A stretch of 64,000 bases of DNA from Xanthomonas citri pv. mangiferaeindicae (lineage in GTDB: Bacteria; Pseudomonadota; Gammaproteobacteria; Xanthomonadales; Xanthomonadaceae), in contig CP016836.1 in the NCBI GenBank assembly GCA_002240395.1, positions 2,457,174 to 2,521,173 of the forward strand, written 5' to 3'. A program made the translations under genes and the position numbers. Below, in pieces: positions 59,729 through 64,000 of the stretch. Under the pieces are notes generated by a model. It did not search any database, was not told where the DNA came from, and was given only the letters and a program-made list of their open reading frames with translations. Position 1 is the stretch's first letter, and each line of letters opens with the position of its first letter.

Positions 59729-61090
59729 TCAGCGCAGCATGATCGCAGTGGCCAGGCCGAGAAAGCTGAAGAAGCCCATGATGTCGGTCACCGCGGTGAC
59801 GACGACCGTACCGGCGACCGCCGGATCGACGCGCATCCGCTTGAGCAGCAACGGCAGCAGCACGCCAGCGGTCGCGGCCGAGCAGAAGTTGATCACCAGC
59901 GCGGTGAAGATCACCAGCGACAACACCCAGTCGTGGAACCAGACCAGCGCGACCAGCGCGACCAGGGTGCCGATCAACATGCCGTTGATCAGCGCCACGC
60001 GCAGTTCCTTCCACATCAGGATGCGGGCGTTGCTGGCGCCCACCTGGCCCAGCGCCAGGCCGCGCACCATCAGCGTGAGCACCTGCACCGCGGCATTGCC
60101 GCCGATGCCGGCGACGATCGGCATCAACACCGCCAGCGCCACGACTTTTTCGATCGTCGCCTCGAAGCGACCGATCACGAAAGCGGCCATGAACGCGGTC
60201 AGCAGATTGATGCCCAGCCACACCACGCGGCCGCGCACCGCACGCCGGATCGGCGAGAACAGGTCCTCGTCCTCGTCCAGACCCGCCGCGCCCAGGGCCT
60301 GGTGCTCGGCCTGCTCACGGATGATGTCAACCACGTCGTCGACGGTGATCCGGCCCAGCAGCACGTTGCCGTCGTCGACCACCGGCGCGGAGACCCAGTC
60401 GTTGTCGGAGAACTGGCGCGCGACCTGATCGGCCGATTCGTCGACGTGGATCGAGTCGAGCTCGTCGTCGATCAGCCGGTTGATCGGGGTGCCGGGATCG
60501 CGGGTCACCAGATCCTGCAGCGCGACCCAGCCGATCAGCTGGTGGCGGCGGTTGACCACATACAGATGGTCGGTGTGATCGGGCAGTTCGCCGCGCAGGC
60601 GCAGGAAGCGCAGCACCACGTCGACCGTGGTGTCGGCGCGCACCGTCACCACGTCGGGGTTCATCAATCGGCCGGCGGTGTCCTCGGGATAGGAGAGCAC
60701 CTGTTCCAGGCGCTCGCGGTTCTCCCGGTCCATCGAGCGCAGCAGCGTGTCGATGACCGCATCGGGCAGGTCCTCGACCAGGTCGGCGAGGTCGTCGATA
60801 TCGAGATCTTCGACTGCTGCGACCAGCTCGTCGGGATCCATGTCCGCGATCAGGCTCTCGCGGACCTCGTCGCCGACGTGGACCAGCACCTCGCCGTCGT
60901 CGTCGGCATCGACCAGCCCCCAGACCACGATGCGCTTGTCGTGGGGCAAGGACTCGAGCAGGTTGCCGATCTCGGCCGGCGCCAGCGTGTTGACCATGCG
61001 CCGTACCGGCCCCAGCCGCCCGCTGTCGAGGGCATCGGAGAGCAGGCGCAGCTGGCGCGCGGTCTTGTCGTGGCGGACGGCTTCGGCCAT
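59729..61090 (-). CDS. mgtE: Magnesium transporter MgtE (453 aa)
   Basis: N-domain, tandem CBS (LMNPDVVTVRADTTV...), TM domain with the conserved ...GNAAVQ... pore motif. Confidence 0.9.
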   Translation of the reverse strand: MAEAVRHDKTARQLRLLSDALDSGRLGPVRRMVNTLAPAEIGNLLESLPHDKRIVVWGLVDADDDGEVLVHVGDEVRESLIADMDPDELVAAVEDLDIDDLADLVEDLPDAVIDTLLRSMDRENRERLEQVLSYPEDTAGRLMNPDVVTVRADTTVDVVLRFLRLRGELPDHTDHLYVVNRRHQLIGWVALQDLVTRDPGTPINRLIDDELDSIHVDESADQVARQFSDNDWVSAPVVDDGNVLLGRITVDDVVDIIREQAEHQALGAAGLDEDEDLFSPIRRAVRGRVVWLGINLLTAFMAAFVIGRFEATIEKVVALAVLMPIVAGIGGNAAVQVLTLMVRGLALGQVGASNARILMWKELRVALINGMLIGTLVALVALVWFHDWVLSLVIFTALVINFCSAATAGVLLPLLLKRMRVDPAVAGTVVVTAVTDIMGFFSFLGLATAIMLR

Positions 61091-61236
61091 GAACGGCTCC
61101 GTTGCGCGTCGCGACGCACGCGGCGCGACTGGGTCAGATATGCATCGCTGCATTATCCGCGCTGCCCGCCGATCTGCACACCCCGGTCAAGCGTATCGGT
61201 TCGCGCGCGTTGGGTGCCGGCGCGGCCGGCATCGGC

Positions 61237-62970
61237 TCAGCCGGCCGCGCGTGCCGGCTGCGCGGCGTCGAGCCAGCGTTCGATCGACGCGCGGTCGCGT
61301 GCGCGCAGCAACGCCGGCGTCCGCGATCGCAGCGCGCGCAGGTCGATCCCGCGGATCGCGCGGCGCACTTCCAGCAGCGGCGACGGGTGCAGGCTCAGTT
61401 CCTCGATGCCCAGCGCCAGCAGCAGCGGTGTGAAGCGCGCATCGCCGGCAATCTCCCCGCAGACCGAGGCCGGGATGCCGCGCGCGCGCGCCACGCGCAC
61501 GATGCCGTGCAGCAGGCGGATCACCGCCGGGTGCAACGGCGAGTACAGGTCGCCGAGCGCGTCGTTGTTGCGATCGGCCGCCAGCAGGTACTGCACCAGG
61601 TCGTTGGTGCCGATCGACAGGAAGTCGAGCTCGCGCACGAACGTGGGCAGCGCGATCGCCGCCGAGGGCACCTCGATCATCGCCCCCAACGCGATCCGCT
61701 CGGCGGTCTCGTGCCCCTCGGCGCGCAGGTCGCGCTGGACCCGGTCCAGCAACCGGCGCACCGCGACGATCTCCTCGCGCCCGCTGACCATCGGCACCAG
61801 CACCCGCACCGGGCCGTAACCCGAAGCCCGCGCGATCGCCCGCAACTGGGTCTCCAGCAAGCCGTTGCGCGCCATCGACAGCCGCACCCCGCGCAGGCCC
61901 AGCGCGGGATTGGGCTCGTGGCGCAGGGCCAGCCCGGTGTCGTCGGCCTTGTCGGCGCCGATGTCGAGCGTGCGGATCGTCACCGTGCGACCGGTCATGC
62001 CCAGCACCAGGTCGCGATAGGCGCGGAACTGCGCGTGCTCGTCGGGGATTTCGCGGCTCTGCAGGAACAGGAATTCGGTGCGGTAGAGGCCGACGCCGGC
62101 CACGCCCAGCGCGTGCGCCTCGGCGACGTCCTCGCGCGATTCGGCATTGGCCCACAGCTTCATGTCGACGCCATCGAGCGTCTTGCTCGGCTCGCGCCGC
62201 AGCCGGCGCAACTGCTTGCGCTCGCGCTTCTCCTCGCGCAACCGCGCCCGATAGGCGCGCAGGTCCTCGGCATTGGGCTCGACGACGATCTCGCCGGTGC
62301 CGCCATCGACGACCAGCACTGCACCGTCGTTGATCTGGGCCAGCGCCTGCGGCGCGTTGACGATCAGCGGCAACTGCAGGCTGCGGGCGAGGATCGCCGA
62401 ATGCGACAGCGTGCTGCCGGTCGAGGTGACGATGGCCAACACGCCCTGGGCCTGCAGCCGACCGATCTCCGATGGCGCGATCGCATCGGTCACCAGGATC
62501 TCGCCGGCCACGCCTTGCAACTCGGCCTCGTGCGCATGCAGCGCCGCGTGCACCCGGCCGATGACGTGGTCGATGTCCTCGATGCGGCTGCGGAAGTAGG
62601 CATCGTCCATGCCTTCGAACACCGCCGCCAGGCGGTCGCGCTGCAGCCGCAGCGCGTAGTCGGCGCCGTACAGTCCGGTGCCGACGAGCTCGTCCAGGCC
62701 CTGCAGCAGTTCCGGATCGTCGAGCAGCAGCGTGTGCAGGTCGAGGAACTCGCCGACCTCGTGGGCCAGCGCGCCGTGCAGCTGGTCGCGCATCGTGCGG
62801 ATCTCGCCGCGCACCTGGGCGATCGCGGCGTGCAGTCGCGCCAGCTCGGCCGGCGCCTGGTCCGGGCCGATGCGCTCTTCGGCGACTTCGAGCGCGTGCG
62901 GTTCGCGGACGCGCGCGCGCCCCAGCGCGTTCCCGCGCGAGGCGCCGTGCCCGTGCAGCGACTGCCGCAT
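61237..62970 (-). CDS. ptsI: PTS enzyme I (phosphoenolpyruvate-protein phosphotransferase, 577 aa)
   Basis: GASRGNALGRARV...; phospho-His region ...TSTGSTLSHSAILARSL; PEP-utilising C-domain ...GLYRTEFLF... Start is Met 45 of ORF 61237..63102. Confidence 0.85.
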   Translation of the reverse strand: MRQSLHGHGASRGNALGRARVREPHALEVAEERIGPDQAPAELARLHAAIAQVRGEIRTMRDQLHGALAHEVGEFLDLHTLLLDDPELLQGLDELVGTGLYGADYALRLQRDRLAAVFEGMDDAYFRSRIEDIDHVIGRVHAALHAHEAELQGVAGEILVTDAIAPSEIGRLQAQGVLAIVTSTGSTLSHSAILARSLQLPLIVNAPQALAQINDGAVLVVDGGTGEIVVEPNAEDLRAYRARLREEKRERKQLRRLRREPSKTLDGVDMKLWANAESREDVAEAHALGVAGVGLYRTEFLFLQSREIPDEHAQFRAYRDLVLGMTGRTVTIRTLDIGADKADDTGLALRHEPNPALGLRGVRLSMARNGLLETQLRAIARASGYGPVRVLVPMVSGREEIVAVRRLLDRVQRDLRAEGHETAERIALGAMIEVPSAAIALPTFVRELDFLSIGTNDLVQYLLAADRNNDALGDLYSPLHPAVIRLLHGIVRVARARGIPASVCGEIAGDARFTPLLLALGIEELSLHPSPLLEVRRAIRGIDLRALRSRTPALLRARDRASIERWLDAAQPARAAG

Positions 62971-63028
62971 CAGGCGTGCTCGCCCGCCGCCGGACGGCAG
63001 GTTGCGCGGGCGGGCGGCGAGGCGTTCA

Positions 63029-63298
63029 TCACCCCTCCTCGTCGAACCGGCGTTCGAACAGCGCGGCGGCCGCTTCCATCGCGGCGGCTTCGTCGTCGCC
63101 ATCGAGCCGCAGCACCACCCGCGTGCCGTGGCCGGCTGCCAGCAGCATCACCCCCATGATGCTCTTGGCGTTGACCTCGCGGCCCTTGGCGACCAGCGTC
63201 GCATTGCAGCGGAAGCCCGACAGCACCTGCACCAGCTTGGCGGTGGCGCGCGCATGCAGGCCGAGCTTGTTGGCGACGAGCAGTTCACGTTCGATCAT
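63029..63298 (-). CDS. ptsH: Phosphocarrier protein HPr/NPr (89 aa)
   Basis: MIERELLVANKLGLHARATAKLV has the His15 region. Confidence 0.85.
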   Translation of the reverse strand: MIERELLVANKLGLHARATAKLVQVLSGFRCNATLVAKGREVNAKSIMGVMLLAAGHGTRVVLRLDGDDEAAAMEAAAALFERRFDEEG

Positions 63299-63340
63299 CG
63301 GGGGCGGGGCCTGTCCTGGAAGCGAAAAGATGGCGGCGCA

Positions 63341-63733
63341 TCAGGCGTCGTCGAGCACGACGCCGTTGCGGGCGCCCGCCGCGGCTGTGGCCGGCAACGC
63401 GTCGAGCGCCTGCTCAGGATAATTCATCACCCGCAGCAGCATTGGCAGACTGAGTGCGGAGATGCGCCGGGCAGGTGTGCCGAGACGCGCGAGCTGAGCT
63501 GCGACATTGCTGGGGCTGGCGCCGTAGAGATCGGTGAGGATCAGTACACCATCGCCATCGTCCACCGTGCGCATCGCTGCGCTGGCCTTGGGCAATGAGA
63601 CCTCGAGCGCCTCGTCGAAGGGCACCTCGAACACCGCGGTGCGCAGCGGCAGCTGCGTCAACAGGCGCACGGCCACCGCGTGCATCGCAGTGCCGATGCC
63701 TTCGTGGGTCAAGAGGAGTACGCCGACGGCCAT
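63341..63733 (-). CDS. PTS EIIA, mannose/fructose family (130 aa)
   Basis: MAVGVLLLTHEGIGTAMHAVA... is the EIIA-Man His10 region. Confidence 0.8.
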   Translation of the reverse strand: MAVGVLLLTHEGIGTAMHAVAVRLLTQLPLRTAVFEVPFDEALEVSLPKASAAMRTVDDGDGVLILTDLYGASPSNVAAQLARLGTPARRISALSLPMLLRVMNYPEQALDALPATAAAGARNGVVLDDA

Positions 63734-63837
63734 GCGTGGACGTTACCAGAGCGAGGGGACCGCCCGGAAGCGTCGCGGCCGCGATACAGCGTCCGCGCCT
63801 GCCGCGCAGCCGTGCGCCGCCACGCGCTGCGGGGCGC

Positions 63838-64000
63838 TCAGTCGAGCTCGCGGTGCCAGGTCGCCACGTCCGGCCAACCGGTCTCGCGGGCATGGCGCGC
63901 GAGCGCCTCGGCCAGGTAGACCGAGCGATGCCGGCCGCCGCTGCATCCGAACGCGACGGTGACATAGCTGCGCGTGGCACTGCGCATGCGCGGCAGCCAG
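63838..64000 (-). CDS. rapZ: RNase adaptor protein RapZ (YhbJ), C-terminal 53 aa only (the gene continues past the right edge)
   Basis: Minus-strand translation ...[43 protein letters not shown] matches the conserved RapZ C-terminus (IGCTGGxHRSV). It is not in the ORF track because it is truncated. Confidence 0.7.
   Translation of the reverse strand, partial: WLPRMRSATRSYVTVAFGCSGGRHRSVYLAEALARHARETGWPDVATWHRELD

Overview
High-GC (~68-70%) chromosomal segment of a gammaproteobacterium that resembles Xanthomonadaceae/Lysobacteraceae. That placement is an inference from gene content and synteny: the aroK-aroB-hemE and proC-pilT-pilU arrangements, the MetX-type met operon, and the EIIA(Man)-HPr-EI-rapZ module. 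I support about 60 protein-coding genes, one SAM-I riboswitch and several intrinsic terminators. I found no tRNA, rRNA, CRISPR array, transposase or integrase. Most of the window is housekeeping:
- a partial TonB-dependent receptor
- hslO, mtgA, prfC
- a SAM-I riboswitch in front of metX-metB-hom
- sdaA
- a yceI-cybB-yceI operon
- a large hybrid sensor kinase
- hemE, aroB, aroK, pdxH, proC, pilT, pilU, sodA, tag, ruvX, pyrB, mgtE
- a regulatory PTS module.
Many of the very long ORFs in the six-frame track are high-GC artefacts: antisense ORFs or upstream extensions of real genes. I trimmed real starts by counting residues in the track.
The most interesting region is a tightly coupled five-gene operon at about 30.3-40.3 kb: a YqiJ/NfeD-like membrane protein, a flotillin (YqiK-like), a 1,772-residue protein with a C-terminal AAA+ domain of the MoxR/dynein-like (AAA_5) type, a 252-residue Ala-rich helical protein, and a TelA/KlaB-family protein. 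It lies immediately downstream of a four-gene ligase-associated DNA-damage-response cluster (exonuclease, ATP-dependent ligase, Lhr-like helicase, PdeM). I do not recognise this five-gene combination as a described system.
Secondary items:
- a DUF1521/MIIA-type (GD|PH autocleavage motif) cysteine-free, Ser-rich protein next to a VapBC pair
- a SAM-I riboswitch
- a cytochrome b561 gene with no in-frame stop (probable homopolymer frameshift)
- a perfect palindrome inside the sodA promoter.
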